A DNA stretch of 64,000 bases from Terriglobia bacterium (lineage in GTDB: Bacteria; Acidobacteriota; Terriglobia; Acidiferrales; UBA7541). The notes under the pieces are model-generated. The model saw only the letters and a program-made list of their open reading frames with translations. It was not told the origin of the DNA and did not search any database. Positions 43,562-53,657 of the stretch are shown one piece after another (position 1 is the first letter of the stretch; each line of letters starts with the position of its first letter). Where the stretch lies: contig CAWGKL010000006.1 of NCBI GenBank assembly GCA_963823205.1, forward strand, positions 3,072 through 67,071, given 5' to 3'. The position numbers and the translations under genes were made by a program.

Positions 43562-45174
43562 CGGCGAAGGCCCGAGACGAGGAGCGAAGGACGCCGGGAT
43601 GTTCCCCAAGGTATAGGCGCCGGGCCGCGGTAGGGGCGTTTTGTGGGTGGCTCGCGATGGGCGCCGCGGGCTGCGCGCGCCGGCCCGCGGGTGAACCAGC
43701 GGCGGTGAATTTCCTGATCGAGTCGCAGCCCACAAACCTGGACCCGCGGATCGGCACGGACTCGCAATCGGAGGAGCTGGACGGCCTGATCTTTGACGGC
43801 TTGGTCCAGCGCGACGCGCAGATGAACGTCGTCGGCGACTTGGCTGAAAGATGGGAAACCCCGGACCCCTTGACGTACGTGTTTCATCTGCGGCGGGGGG
43901 TGAAGTTCCACGACGGGCGGCGGCTGACCTCGGCGGACGTGAAGTTTACGCTCGACTCCATCATTTCGGGAGCCGTGCAGTCACCGAAGCGAGGGGCGTT
44001 CCGGCTCGTCGAGTCGGTCGAGGCGCCCGATGATGCTACGGTGATCATCCGCCTGCGGGAGCCCTACGCGTCGTTTATTTATAACGTGACCCGGCTGGCC
44101 ATCGGGATCGTTCCCGCGGGTTCGGGCGCGGAGATGGCGCGGCATCCGGTGGGAACCGGACCATTTCGTTTCGTGAGCATGGCGCAGGACGAAGAAATAA
44201 TCCTCGAACGAAATCCGGATTACTTCGGGCCGATGCCGAGTATCGGCCGCGTCCGATTCCGGATCGTGCCGGACGCGATCGTGCGGGCGCTCGAATTGCG
44301 CAAAGGCACCGCGGACGTGGGAGGGGTGAACTCGCTTACGCCGGACATGGTCGCGGCGCTGGCCAAACAGCCGCGAATCGAGGCCACGGAGTCGCCCGGC
44401 ACGCAGCTCCGCTATGTGGCGTTCAATTTCGACGATCCCATCCTGGCGCATCGCGAAGTTCGCCAGGCCCTGGCTTACGCCACCGATCGCGCCACGATGA
44501 TCCAATATTTGCTGCACGGGCAGGCGCGGGCCGCCTCCGGCCTGCTCCCGCCGAACAACTGGGCGTACGAGCCGGACGTGAAACAGTATCCCTACGATCC
44601 CGCGCGCGCGGAGCAGTTGCTGGATGCGGCCGGATTTCCCAGGCGCGCGGACGGCGTGCGCTTCCATTTGGAGCTGAAGACTTCCACGGAAGAATCGGCG
44701 CGACTGCTCGGCGAAGTTCTGGCGGACGAATGGAAGCGCGTCGGCATCGCACTGGAATTGCGCCCGCTCGAAAACGCGACGCTCCTGGCGGATGTCTCGC
44801 GCGGAAGCTTTCAACTGTATACGCTTCTGTGGACGGGCTACGTGAACAACGATCCGGATATTTTCGATTACGTGTTCAGTTCCCGGCGCATGCCGCCGCT
44901 GGGCGCCAATCGCGGCCACTACCATAACCCGGCTCTCGATGCCCTGCTCGACCGGCAGCGCGTGGAGATGAACCCCCAAAAGCGCAAGGAGATATTGTCG
45001 GAGATTCAGAAGATGGCCGCCGAGGACGAGCCGTATATCAATCTGTGGTACCTGGATAACGTCTGCGTGCATCGCGACACGGTGACGGGAATCGTGATCT
45101 CTCCTGGAGGAGATTACGATTTTCTAGAGCAAGCGACGCTGCGGGGGACAAGCGACTCCGCGGAGCAGCATTAG
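43558..45174 (+). CDS. ABC transporter substrate-binding lipoprotein, family 5 (peptide/nickel type)
   Basis: Its start overlaps the anmK stop (ATGA). The lipobox is LAMGAAGC. ...TNLDPRIGTDSQSEELDGLIFDGLV...WETPDPLTYVFHLRRGVKFHDGRRLTSADVKFT... Confidence 0.88.
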   Translation: MTAKARDEERRTPGCSPRYRRRAAVGAFCGWLAMGAAGCARRPAGEPAAVNFLIESQPTNLDPRIGTDSQSEELDGLIFDGLVQRDAQMNVVGDLAERWETPDPLTYVFHLRRGVKFHDGRRLTSADVKFTLDSIISGAVQSPKRGAFRLVESVEAPDDATVIIRLREPYASFIYNVTRLAIGIVPAGSGAEMARHPVGTGPFRFVSMAQDEEIILERNPDYFGPMPSIGRVRFRIVPDAIVRALELRKGTADVGGVNSLTPDMVAALAKQPRIEATESPGTQLRYVAFNFDDPILAHREVRQALAYATDRATMIQYLLHGQARAASGLLPPNNWAYEPDVKQYPYDPARAEQLLDAAGFPRRADGVRFHLELKTSTEESARLLGEVLADEWKRVGIALELRPLENATLLADVSRGSFQLYTLLWTGYVNNDPDIFDYVFSSRRMPPLGANRGHYHNPALDALLDRQRVEMNPQKRKEILSEIQKMAAEDEPYINLWYLDNVCVHRDTVTGIVISPGGDYDFLEQATLRGTSDSAEQH

Positions 45175-45195
45175 GGATGTGTTAGCATTGCCCCG

Positions 45196-46392
45196 ATGGT
45201 TCCTTCGAGCACCTGGACCGAGGCTTTTCGCGCGCTCGGGGCGCATAAGCTGCGCTCATTTCTTTCCACGTTGGGAATCACCATCGGCACGGCCTGCGTG
45301 GTTCTCGTAGTCACCGTCTCTCTTACCGCGCGGGAGTACCTGGTGGGGCTGGTCGAATCCATCGGTTCGAATCTTGTGTATGCGGAAATGGTGTGGACCG
45401 GAGGGCCCATTCCTCTCGAGGATGAGCTTAACGCGGCGGACGCCCAGGCTTTGCGCGACAACATTCCCCAGGTGGAGCGGGTGGCCGGTTCGATTCATCT
45501 TCCCACGATGATTGATGTCGGCTCGAACGCCTATTCCGCGAGCCTCGTGGGAGTCACCGAGGATTTTGGAATGATCCGGCATCTGCAAATCTTGCGCGGG
45601 CGCTATCTGGACCAGGACGAGTTCGCTACTCGAAGCAAGGTCTGCCTGGTGACGGAAGAACTTGCCAGCGAGGCCTTCCCCGCCGACGACCCCATCGGCA
45701 AGAACATCCAGGTGGGCGAGCTCACGTTTACGGTCGTGGGCGTATTTCGGGAGGCGGGTTCGACGCTGGGGCTGACGGAGATTCAGCGCAATACGATCCT
45801 GGCGCCCTTTTCGGTGATTGCCTACGACACGGGGAACTACGCGTACTTCAACCTCTATGCCCAGGCCCGCGATCCCGAGGACGTGCCCTTCGTCACCCGG
45901 CGCGTGGGGGAGATTTTGCGAAGCAGGCACCGGCCGGGGGCCGCGTATCGCGTGGAAAATTTGACTTCGCTCCTCGATGTGGTCCGCAACATCTCCCTGG
46001 CCACTTCCCTTTCCTTGCTGGCGGTGGCATTCATCTGCATGACGGTGGGGGGCGTGAACATCATGAATATCATGCTCGTGACCGTGAAGGAGCGGACGCA
46101 CGAGATCGGGGTGCGCAGGGCCGTGGGGGCGCGCCGCGACGACATTCGACGCCAATTTCTCTCCGAGGCGGTCTTGATCAGCGGCACGGGCGCTCTGGCG
46201 GGCATCCTCGCCGGCATCGCCATCCCGGTGGTGGCGCGACCCCTGCTGCCCGAGGACATGAGCGTCCCTTTTTCCTGGCTCTCCGTTGTGGTGGCCTTCG
46301 CGGTGTCCTGCATCATCGGCGTGACGTTCGGATACTTGCCCGCCGAGAAGGCCGCCGCGCTCGAGCCCACGGAGTGTTTGCGCTACGAATGA
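45196..46392 (+). CDS. ABC transporter permease, MacB/FtsX type
   Basis: The N-terminal TM helix (LRSFLSTLGITIGTACVV) is followed by a large periplasmic domain and a C-terminal FtsX-like 3-TM module (GGVNIMNIMLVTVKERTHEIGVRRAVGA). Confidence 0.88.
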   Translation: MVPSSTWTEAFRALGAHKLRSFLSTLGITIGTACVVLVVTVSLTAREYLVGLVESIGSNLVYAEMVWTGGPIPLEDELNAADAQALRDNIPQVERVAGSIHLPTMIDVGSNAYSASLVGVTEDFGMIRHLQILRGRYLDQDEFATRSKVCLVTEELASEAFPADDPIGKNIQVGELTFTVVGVFREAGSTLGLTEIQRNTILAPFSVIAYDTGNYAYFNLYAQARDPEDVPFVTRRVGEILRSRHRPGAAYRVENLTSLLDVVRNISLATSLSLLAVAFICMTVGGVNIMNIMLVTVKERTHEIGVRRAVGARRDDIRRQFLSEAVLISGTGALAGILAGIAIPVVARPLLPEDMSVPFSWLSVVVAFAVSCIIGVTFGYLPAEKAAALEPTECLRYE

Positions 46393-46658
46393 GGGGCTTT
46401 ACCCCGCCCCGGGTCTCCGGCCGCGGGCGCCGCGCCAGCGATGGGCTGCGGCGGCTCTGTTGACATCCTGCCTGAAATAGACGCTGGATGGGTCCGAGGT
46501 TTCCGCCGTTCCGGCGCCGAGATTCTTCCTCCTTCGCCAGGGCACGCGATTTCCGCGCAAAATCGAGGGCAAGGCACGGAAATCGGGCTGCTCAGTCGTC
46601 AGAATGACAGCGCGTGCGGGGTGGAGCAGGAGGGGATGTCAACAGAGCCGGCTGCGCG

Positions 46659-47345
46659 TTACGAATCGAGCGCCTTTCTGATTTCGGACTCGGGCACGGC
46701 CCCTTCGCGCACCACGCCCCATTCCTCCCCGTCTATGCGCACGATGGTCGAGGCCAGCGTCGCGCCCGTGTCGCCGGAATCGAGGATGAGCGGCAGGCGG
46801 TTGCCAAGCTGCTCGACGATCTGCCGGGCGTTGGTGCAGGAAGGATGGCCGGAGAGATTGGCGCTCGTGCCCGTAATGGGTCCGCCCGCCGCTTCGATGA
46901 GCGCCGCGGCAACGGCCGAGTCCGGCCAGCGAAGCGCCACGCGCCCGCTGTTGCCGGTCACCTTGAGAGGCAAACGATGCGTGGCCTCGATGACCAGCGT
47001 CAACGCGCCGGGCCAGAATTTGTTCGCGAGGGCCAAAAATGCGTCGGGAATGTCGCGAGCGAGCGTCACGGCCTGCTCGACCGAATTCACGAGAATCGGC
47101 AAGGCGCGCGTTTCCGGACGGCCCTTCACCTGAAAAACCCGCTCGATGGCGGAGAGATTGAAAGGGTCGGCGGAGAGTCCATAGAACGTATCCGTGGGAA
47201 TTCCAATCACGCTGCCGCGCTCGATGAAGCCCGCGGCATACTCAATCAGGTGGGGCTCCGGCGCCTGCGATGAAATCCTAAGGAGTTCGGCGGGCAAATG
47301 TTCGCTCGCGGCGGGTTGCGCCGTACGCTCGGGGCAACTTACCAT
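46659..47345 (-). CDS. tsaC: L-threonylcarbamoyladenylate synthase (TsaC/YrdC/Sua5 family)
   Basis: GSVIGIPTDTFYGLSADPFN...VFQVKGRPETRALPILV...FWPGALTLV...VALRWPDS...GPITGTSANLSGHP. Confidence 0.88.
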   Translation of the reverse strand: MVSCPERTAQPAASEHLPAELLRISSQAPEPHLIEYAAGFIERGSVIGIPTDTFYGLSADPFNLSAIERVFQVKGRPETRALPILVNSVEQAVTLARDIPDAFLALANKFWPGALTLVIEATHRLPLKVTGNSGRVALRWPDSAVAAALIEAAGGPITGTSANLSGHPSCTNARQIVEQLGNRLPLILDSGDTGATLASTIVRIDGEEWGVVREGAVPESEIRKALDS

Positions 47346-47389
47346 GAGCGCCCGAGCAGAATCAAGGCGCGCGCGGCCTGGGTGGTGTT

Positions 47390-47602
47390 TCAGATTCGAT
47401 TTTTGCGACGCCGCTGGATGGTGCTGGCTATCATTCCGGCAACTCCTATGGTTGCGCCTATCAAGAAGAAGAGGAACATAATTAGTGGCGTAAACTTGTA
47501 GAGCCATCCATGAGAATGGGTAGTGCGGGTAACATTGCTTGCCAGGACACCGACAACAATCCCAGCGACAATGATTCCGGCGCCGATTCGCTTGAGAAGC
47601 AT
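47390..47602 (-). CDS. small two-TM membrane protein, hypothetical
   Basis: MLLKRIGAGIIVAGIVVGVLASN...FTPLIMFLFFLIGATIGVAGMIASTIQRRRKNRI. Lower G+C than the neighbours. Confidence 0.45.
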   Translation of the reverse strand: MLLKRIGAGIIVAGIVVGVLASNVTRTTHSHGWLYKFTPLIMFLFFLIGATIGVAGMIASTIQRRRKNRI

Positions 47603-47680
47603 GGGGGGGAGTATAAGCAGCGGTGGATCAGTTTGCCAGGAGAATGATTTCCTCTAGGCTCCAAACGTGGATAGTGTCCT

Positions 47681-47850
47681 AATTTGAAAAATTTCCCAGT
47701 CTTGAGGGCTGGACGAGGGATTCATCGCTCAAACACCGAGCGATGGAAAACCGTACTTCGACTGCGTCCCGCGCCCGCCAAAAGGCGGCGGGAAAACCAG
47801 GAACGCGGGACTCCGCTCAGAGTGACTGCACAATACGTTTCGCTCGAATT
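47681..47850. repeat. ~170-bp hairpin-rich repeat element, copy 2 (inverted relative to 2113-2307)
   Basis: GGGATTCATCGCTCAAACACCGAGCGATGGAAAACCGTACTTCGACTGCGTCCCGCGCCCGCCAAAAGGCGGCGGGAAAACCAGGAACGCGGGACTCCGCTC...CGTTTCGCTCGAATTA. Confidence 0.85.
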
Positions 47851-47895
47851 AAGACACTATCGCGGCCCGCCGGTCCGCGACCTCTCCATGTCAAT

Positions 47896-47966
47896 GTGGG
47901 TAATGGGTCAGTTTGAATTTTGGCTTTTTGTGTCACGATGAAGAAAATCCAGACTGACCCACCACC
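47896..47966. repeat. 66-nt palindromic repeat, copy 3 (inverted relative to 29513-29578)
   Basis: GGGTCAGTTTGAATTTT-ggctttttgtgtcacgatgaag-AAAATCCAGACTGACCC. Confidence 0.85.
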
Positions 47967-48108
47967 TTAATGTGAATGGATTTGCAAAAATCGCCGGGAT
48001 GCATCATCATCGTTGTCTTTGTGGTTCCCGCCCTTTTAAATCGAGCGGGTATGGAACGCAGCTTCGAACCGGGGCTGCTACATCTTCGAATCAAATAGGG
48101 GGAAACGC

Positions 48109-49422
48109 ATGCGCAGGCCCGTAAGTATTGCTCCGCCAAAAGGAAAACTCGGCGTGCTCACGCCGGGAATGGGAGCGGTGAGCACCACGCTCATGGCGGG
48201 TGTGGAACTGGTGAGGCAGGGCGAATCCGTTCCGGTAGGCTCGCTCACGCAGATGGGCACCATTCGCCTGGGAAAACGCACGGAGTCGCGCGTGCCGAAA
48301 ATCAAGGAGTTCGTGCGTCTGGCGGGCCTCGACGACCTCGTCTTCGGCGGCTGGGACATCTACCCGGACAATGCCTATCAGGCCGCCGCCAACGCGGGCG
48401 TGCTCAGCCCGCAAGACCTGGCCAAGGCCGAAAAGTTCCTGAAGGGCCTGAAACCCATGACGGCCGCGTTTGACCGCAATTATGTGAAAAATATTGAGGG
48501 CCCGAACGTCAAGAAAGGGAAGAACAAGTTCGATCTCGCCGAGCAGATTCGCGAGGACATCCGCGAGTTCAAGAAGAAGAACAAGCTCGACCGCCTCGTG
48601 ATGGTCTGGTGCGGTTCCACGGAAATCTTCATGAAGCCGCAGGACGTTCACAAGGACATGGCCTCGTTCGAGAAGGCCATGAAGTCCAACCACCCGGCCA
48701 TCGCTCCGTCCATGCTCTACGCCTACGCGGCCATGAGCGAGGGCGTCCCCTACGCCAATGGCGCGCCCAATCTCTCCGCGGACATTCCCGCGCTCATCGC
48801 CTACGCGAAGGAAAAGGACGTGCCCATCGCCGGCAAGGATTTCAAGACCGGCCAAACCCTGATGAAAACCATCCTCTCGCCGGGACTCAAGGCGCGCATG
48901 ATCGGCTTGCGCGGCTGGTTTTCCACCAATATTCTGGGCAACCGCGACGGCGAGGTGCTCGACGATCCCGGCTCCTTCAAGACCAAGGAGGAATCGAAGC
49001 TCGGGGCGCTCGAATATATTCTCCAGCCCAAAATTTATCCCGAGCTGTACGGAAATTTCCATCACATGGTCCGCATCAACTATTACCCGCCCAGCGGCGA
49101 CAACAAGGAAGGCTGGGACAACATCGACATTTTCGGCTGGCTCGGCTACCCCATGCAGATCAAGGTGGATTTCCTCTGCCGCGATTCGATTCTGGCGGCG
49201 CCCATCGTTCTCGACCTGGTCCTGTTCCTCGACCTGGCCAAGCGCGCGGGAATGCGCGGAATCCAGGAATGGCTGAGCTTCTATTTCAAGTCGCCGATGT
49301 GCGCGCCGGAGCTTTACCCGGAGCACGATCTGTTCATTCAATTGATGAAGCTGAAGAATACACTCCGCTGGATGATGGGCGAGGAGTTGATCACTCACCT
49401 GGGCGCCGAATATTACGATTAG
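48109..49422 (+). CDS. ino1: myo-inositol-1-phosphate synthase
   Basis: KLGVLTPGMGAVSTTLMAGV...VFGGWDI...MVWCGSTE...YANGAPNL...GKDFKTGQTLMKT...NILGNRDG. Confidence 0.92.
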   Translation: MRRPVSIAPPKGKLGVLTPGMGAVSTTLMAGVELVRQGESVPVGSLTQMGTIRLGKRTESRVPKIKEFVRLAGLDDLVFGGWDIYPDNAYQAAANAGVLSPQDLAKAEKFLKGLKPMTAAFDRNYVKNIEGPNVKKGKNKFDLAEQIREDIREFKKKNKLDRLVMVWCGSTEIFMKPQDVHKDMASFEKAMKSNHPAIAPSMLYAYAAMSEGVPYANGAPNLSADIPALIAYAKEKDVPIAGKDFKTGQTLMKTILSPGLKARMIGLRGWFSTNILGNRDGEVLDDPGSFKTKEESKLGALEYILQPKIYPELYGNFHHMVRINYYPPSGDNKEGWDNIDIFGWLGYPMQIKVDFLCRDSILAAPIVLDLVLFLDLAKRAGMRGIQEWLSFYFKSPMCAPELYPEHDLFIQLMKLKNTLRWMMGEELITHLGAEYYD

Positions 49423-49605
49423 GACCGTTTCAACTCACTGCCACCCCGGGGCGCTCGCATCCCCATTCAAGAAACCTATCGAAGTGATGTAAAGATTTCA
49501 TAAAGATGAAAGACGGCGGGGCTTGACGCCAATCGGTGCGTGGGGTAACCTCCGCCTCTTAAATTCCCTAAATCTGCTTGCCGCACTGGATTGCGGAGGA
49601 GGCGA

Positions 49606-51016
49606 ATGGACCCAAAAGCCGTTCTCGATTTCGCCGCGAAAAATAACGCCAAAATTCTGGACCTGCGCTTCGTGGATGTTCCGGGCGTCTGGCAGCACGT
49701 CAGCTACCCGATCGCAGGAACTGATCCTGGATTCCTTCCAGGATGGCTTCGGGATGGACGCGAGCTCCATTCGCGGCTGGGCGTCAATTCACGAATCGGA
49801 CATGCTGCTGATGCCCGATCCCAACACCGCCTTCATGGACCCTTTCCGCGACACGCCGACACTCGTGATGATCTGCGACGCCGTGGACCCGCCGACGCGC
49901 AAGCCCTATGGCCGCGACGTCCGCAATCTGGCCCACCGCGCCGAAGCCTACCTGCTCAAGACGGGCATCGCGGACCAGGCCTTCTTCGGGGCCGAAGCCG
50001 AGTTTTTCATCTTCGATAGCGTGCGCTTCGATTCGCGGGAGCAGCACTCCTTCTACTACGTGGACTCCGACGAAGGCCGCTGGAATTCCGGACGCGCCGA
50101 GCACAATCTGGGTTACCGGCCGCGCTATAAGGAAGGCTACTTCCCCGTTCCGCCCACGGACCACTTTCAGGACCTGCGCACGGACATGGTCCTGCAGATG
50201 CAAGCGTGCGGGATCGAAGTCGAATGCCACCACCACGAAGTAGCCACCGCGGGGCAAGCCGAAATTGATTTCAGGTTCGATACGCTGATCAAGGCGGCGG
50301 ACAACATGATGAAGTACAAATACATCTGCCGCAACGTCGCCTATCAGTACGGCAAGACGGTCACGTTCATGCCCAAGCCGATTTTCTCGGACAATGGCTC
50401 GGGCATGCACACCCACCAATCGCTCTGGAACAAGGGCAAACCGCTCTTTGCCGGCGACGGCTATGCGGGGCTGAGCCCAATGGCTCTGCATTACATCGGG
50501 GGCTTGCTGAAGCACGCGCCGGCGATCGTGGCCTTCGCCGCGCCGGGAACCAACTCCTACAAGCGGCTTGTGCCGGGATTTGAAGCGCCCGTGAACCTGG
50601 CCTACTCGAAGCGCAACCGCTCGGCGGCCGTGCGCATCCCGGTCTATTCGGAAAATCCCAAGTCCAAGCGGCTGGAATTCCGGCCGCCCGACCCATCGTG
50701 CAACCCGTATCTGGCTTATTCGGCCATGCTCATGGCCGGCTTGGACGGCATCGAGAACAAAATTGATCCGGGAGGGCCGCTCGACAAGGACATCTTCGAG
50801 CTTTCCGCGGAAGAGATGAAGCATGTTCCATCTCTGCCAGGCTCGCTCGACGAGGCGCTCGGTGCGCTCCAGAAGGACCACGCCTTCCTGACCAAGGGCG
50901 GCGTCTTCAGCAAGGAGTTCATCGATCTTTGGATTGATTACAAAATGGCCAAAGAAGTGACTCCCTTGCGCATGCGCCCGCACCCGTACGAGTTCCATTT
51001 GTACTACGACATTTAA
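49606..51016 (+). CDS. glnA: glutamine synthetase type I (1 frame disruption near 49713-49716)
   Basis: [36 protein letters not shown] is followed, after the shift, by [21 protein letters not shown]...[10 protein letters not shown]...[18 protein letters not shown]...[20 protein letters not shown]...[13 protein letters not shown]...NRSAAVRIP...[26 protein letters not shown] is present. Confidence 0.95.
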
Positions 51017-51057
51017 ACTTCGAGCGTTCCGGGCCGGGGCCCGGCGCCGCGAAAATC

Positions 51058-51093
51058 AAAGGGCGTCCCAATGGAGTTCATGGGGACGCCCTT
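51058..51093. terminator. bidirectional terminator hairpin between convergent genes
   Basis: AAAGGGCGTCCC-AATGGAGTTCAT-GGGGACGCCCTTTT. Confidence 0.7.
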
Positions 51094-51247
51094 TTCCTTT
51101 GCGCGCTTCGCGGCTGTGGCCTTCGCGCGGACAGGGCCTTGGCGAGAATGGCCGCGGAGCGGGAAATTTGCTTTTTATTGTGTAGCGAGAGAAGAAGTTC
51201 GAAGCGGCCACACGGGAGCGCCGAATCGCCCAATCGAACGACCGGCC

Positions 51248-51766
51248 TCAGATGAAGAGTTCTTCGTCCTGCGGAGCGGTGGCATCCGGGGCCGGGCTGC
51301 GGCGCTGCCCGCCGCGGATCATATCAAGCCCCGCCTTCAGGCCCTTGAGCATCGCGGACACCTGGCGCACAGGTTCCCATACCGTGCTGCGGACCTTCGA
51401 TCCGGCCTCTTCGATCACTTCGAGCGTGCCCGTGATGATGTGGTCGGCGCGGATGACCTGAATGCGCAGCCGCTCGACGGCATCGGAGAAAACGCGGTCC
51501 ACGCGCTGCGCCTGGCTGCGGGCCACGCGCGAGATTTCCGAAGCATCGCTCATGACGCTCGCGATGCGTTCCTCGGAATCTTCGAGGATGCGGCCGGTGC
51601 GAAGAAGAATGGGGTCCAGGCGGGCCTGGAGTTGAGAGGCGATGCGGGTGAATCGTTCGGCTGTCTCGCGCATCACGACGAACATCGCCACAAGAATCGC
51701 CATTTGCACGACGATCGCCATCGCCGCGATCACAATGAATGCTTCGAGCCAGCCGGACATCTCCAC
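51248..51766 (-). CDS. membrane-anchored coiled-coil protein (DUF948-like)
   Basis: The N-terminal TM is WLEAFIVIAAMAIVVQMAILVAMFVV, followed by a long helical region. It is adjacent to a YtxH-like gene, as is often seen. Confidence 0.6.
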   Translation of the reverse strand: MEMSGWLEAFIVIAAMAIVVQMAILVAMFVVMRETAERFTRIASQLQARLDPILLRTGRILEDSEERIASVMSDASEISRVARSQAQRVDRVFSDAVERLRIQVIRADHIITGTLEVIEEAGSKVRSTVWEPVRQVSAMLKGLKAGLDMIRGGQRRSPAPDATAPQDEELFI

Positions 51767-51778
51767 CCCTTCCCGAGC

Positions 51779-52069
51779 TCAGGAAACTTTCGCTTCCCGC
51801 TTGTAGGTCTGCTTGCCCGCGTCCACCGCCGAAGAGATGGCGTCCTTCTGGCGGGACATGATTTCCTTGCTGCGCTCGATCAGATCCTCGGCGCGCTCGC
51901 GAAGCTCTCGCGCCTTTCTCTGCGCGTATTCCTTGCCCTCGTCGGCCTTGGCGGAGAGATATTCGCGCGTCTCCTCACCGGACTTGGGCGCGAATAGAAT
52001 TCCCACCAGCGCGCCGATGCCCAGCCCTACTAGGAAAAAACTGACTTTGGATCCTACGCTATCGCTCAT
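51779..52069 (-). CDS. YtxH-domain protein
   Basis: MSDSVGSKVSFFLVGLGIGALVGILFAPKSGEETREYL.... A GGAGG SD is 6 nt upstream of ATG 52069. Confidence 0.75.
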   Translation of the reverse strand: MSDSVGSKVSFFLVGLGIGALVGILFAPKSGEETREYLSAKADEGKEYAQRKARELRERAEDLIERSKEIMSRQKDAISSAVDAGKQTYKREAKVS

Positions 52070-52192
52070 TTTGCGCCTCCTAATTTTCACCTTAGCATAG
52101 CACTCCGTCGCGGGCAATGATACCCCTGGGCGCAATCCCTTGGTTTGCGCCTCGCGCGCGCACGCCGCTCTCGGCTTGGCGCGCCCCGCGCG

Positions 52193-53428
52193 CTAATGCT
52201 TCGCCGCTTCGCGGATGCGAAAATTCGTGGTCAATTTTCGGAGGACAAACTCTTGAAGGACGTCCACGCCGCTCGTCGCCGCAATGCCGAGTCCGGCCCT
52301 TTCAAACGTCAAGGCGGCTCCGCGATCGTTCGACGGATAGTAAAGATTCGAAATGCTGCCCGCAGCGAGGTTTCCGAAGACATTCGAGTAGTTTGGCTGC
52401 CAGCGCCCGTTATCGCCCTTGCAGATCAAGGAGTTCTCCAGCGCGTAGAGGAGGCGCGAACGCTTGCTGCCGGTTCCATTGTAAAAATAGCGCGGATCTT
52501 GTTTCAAAAGCGACGGGAGAATGGCGCTCCCGATGTACGTGCCGGTCATGAGATCCGCATACGTGGAGCCGTAGCGCTTTCCATAACCCTGCGCGCCTTG
52601 CCCATATTCACGGAAATTATTGTCCGCCTGCTCGATTCCGGCAATGGCCCCGGTCACTGCGAAGGTGACGGGATCCAGCGTGGTCTTCCAGGCAAGCTCG
52701 AACTTTTGCTTCGTGGTGAGAGGAACCGCATCGCTCTGGAGGTAGCTGACATAGAAATTGGGAACGAAGCCGAGCAGGCGCTGCGTTTCTTGGACCTTGA
52801 TCTGCTGTTCCGCCAATGCGGTCTGTGAGGGCAGGACCCGCACCTGCGTGGTGACGGTGGCAATCGCCAGCGTGATCTGCGGAATAATGCAGACCTCACC
52901 CGGCCGCAGGTTTCCAGAGTACACTTGCGTGGCGAAGGCCGGGGCCGTGATGGTGAGCTGGAACGGCCCGGGAGCGATATTTTCAAAGGAGAATTGCCCG
53001 CTGTCTCCGGATTGCGCCTCCGCGTTTGCAGATTGACCTTTCCACGTCAGTCTCAGCCGGGCTCCAGCCACGAAGGTCCCACTCGGATCCACAATCGTCC
53101 CGATGATCCTTCCCGACAATCGCTCGTCGGGCGCCTGATGGCCGGCCGATTCCTTTGTTCCCGATGCACTCGCTGGACCGCTTCCCGCTCGCGGGGCGAT
53201 AGGGGGTTGTTGAGACTGCGCCAGAACCGGGGACGCGCAAGTGAGGACGCTTAGGATTAGCCAAACCGAGCAGATGCGTGCAAGGACCGGACTCCGAAGG
53301 CTTCGGCCCGAAGACTTCTTGCGCAACTGTTTTCCCGGGGAATTCACGACTATCGTTCTTCGCCTTCTATCCTTCTGTTCTAACAGCAAGGTTTGACCCC
53401 ATCCCTGATTACCTGAAGTGGGATGCAA
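52193..53428 (-). CDS. secreted carboxypeptidase-regulatory-like domain protein
   Basis: The signal-like segment is ICSVWLILSVLTCASPVLAQ. The CarboxypepD_reg-like part is GRIIGTIVDPSGTFVAGARLRLTWKGQSANAEAQSGDSGQFSFENIAPGPFQLTITAPAF. The start codon is uncertain. Confidence 0.75.
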   Translation of the reverse strand: MHPTSGNQGWGQTLLLEQKDRRRRTIVVNSPGKQLRKKSSGRSLRSPVLARICSVWLILSVLTCASPVLAQSQQPPIAPRAGSGPASASGTKESAGHQAPDERLSGRIIGTIVDPSGTFVAGARLRLTWKGQSANAEAQSGDSGQFSFENIAPGPFQLTITAPAFATQVYSGNLRPGEVCIIPQITLAIATVTTQVRVLPSQTALAEQQIKVQETQRLLGFVPNFYVSYLQSDAVPLTTKQKFELAWKTTLDPVTFAVTGAIAGIEQADNNFREYGQGAQGYGKRYGSTYADLMTGTYIGSAILPSLLKQDPRYFYNGTGSKRSRLLYALENSLICKGDNGRWQPNYSNVFGNLAAGSISNLYYPSNDRGAALTFERAGLGIAATSGVDVLQEFVLRKLTTNFRIREAAKH

Positions 53429-53549
53429 AGTTCCATAGATGTGTCACGGTCCGTGAGCTATGCGTTAACGGCCCGTCCAAATCGCGACTCTTCCGACGTT
53501 TAAGACTGCATCGGGCGGTAAAGAGGTGAACAGAGGAATCCGCGGCAAA

Positions 53550-53589
53550 GAAAAAAGGCGCCCCAATGAAGTTCATCGGGGCGCCTTTG
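53550..53589. terminator. bidirectional terminator hairpin with the same loop as 51058-51093
   Basis: AAAAAAGGCGCCCC-AATGAAGTTCAT-CGGGGCGCCTTTGG. Confidence 0.65.
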
Positions 53590-53657
53590 GACTAATTTTC
53601 CTGCCGCCAGGGAGAGAGAGAAAGTCTTTGTGAACCGAGCCTTCTTGCCGTCAACCT

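Noticed and set aside
45365-45374. tRNA T-loop-like GGTTCGAATC. The window was also scanned for tRNA and rRNA genes.
   Set aside because: The match lies inside the MacB-type permease CDS and has no flanking acceptor or anticodon stems. No intergenic region shows a cloverleaf-compatible sequence or rRNA-like conserved blocks.
46392-46659. Possible small gene or RNA in the 266-nt gap between the convergent MacB-type permease and tsaC
   Set aside because: There is no ORF with coding-like composition, no terminator-like hairpin with a U-tract and no repeat. I found nothing to support a feature.
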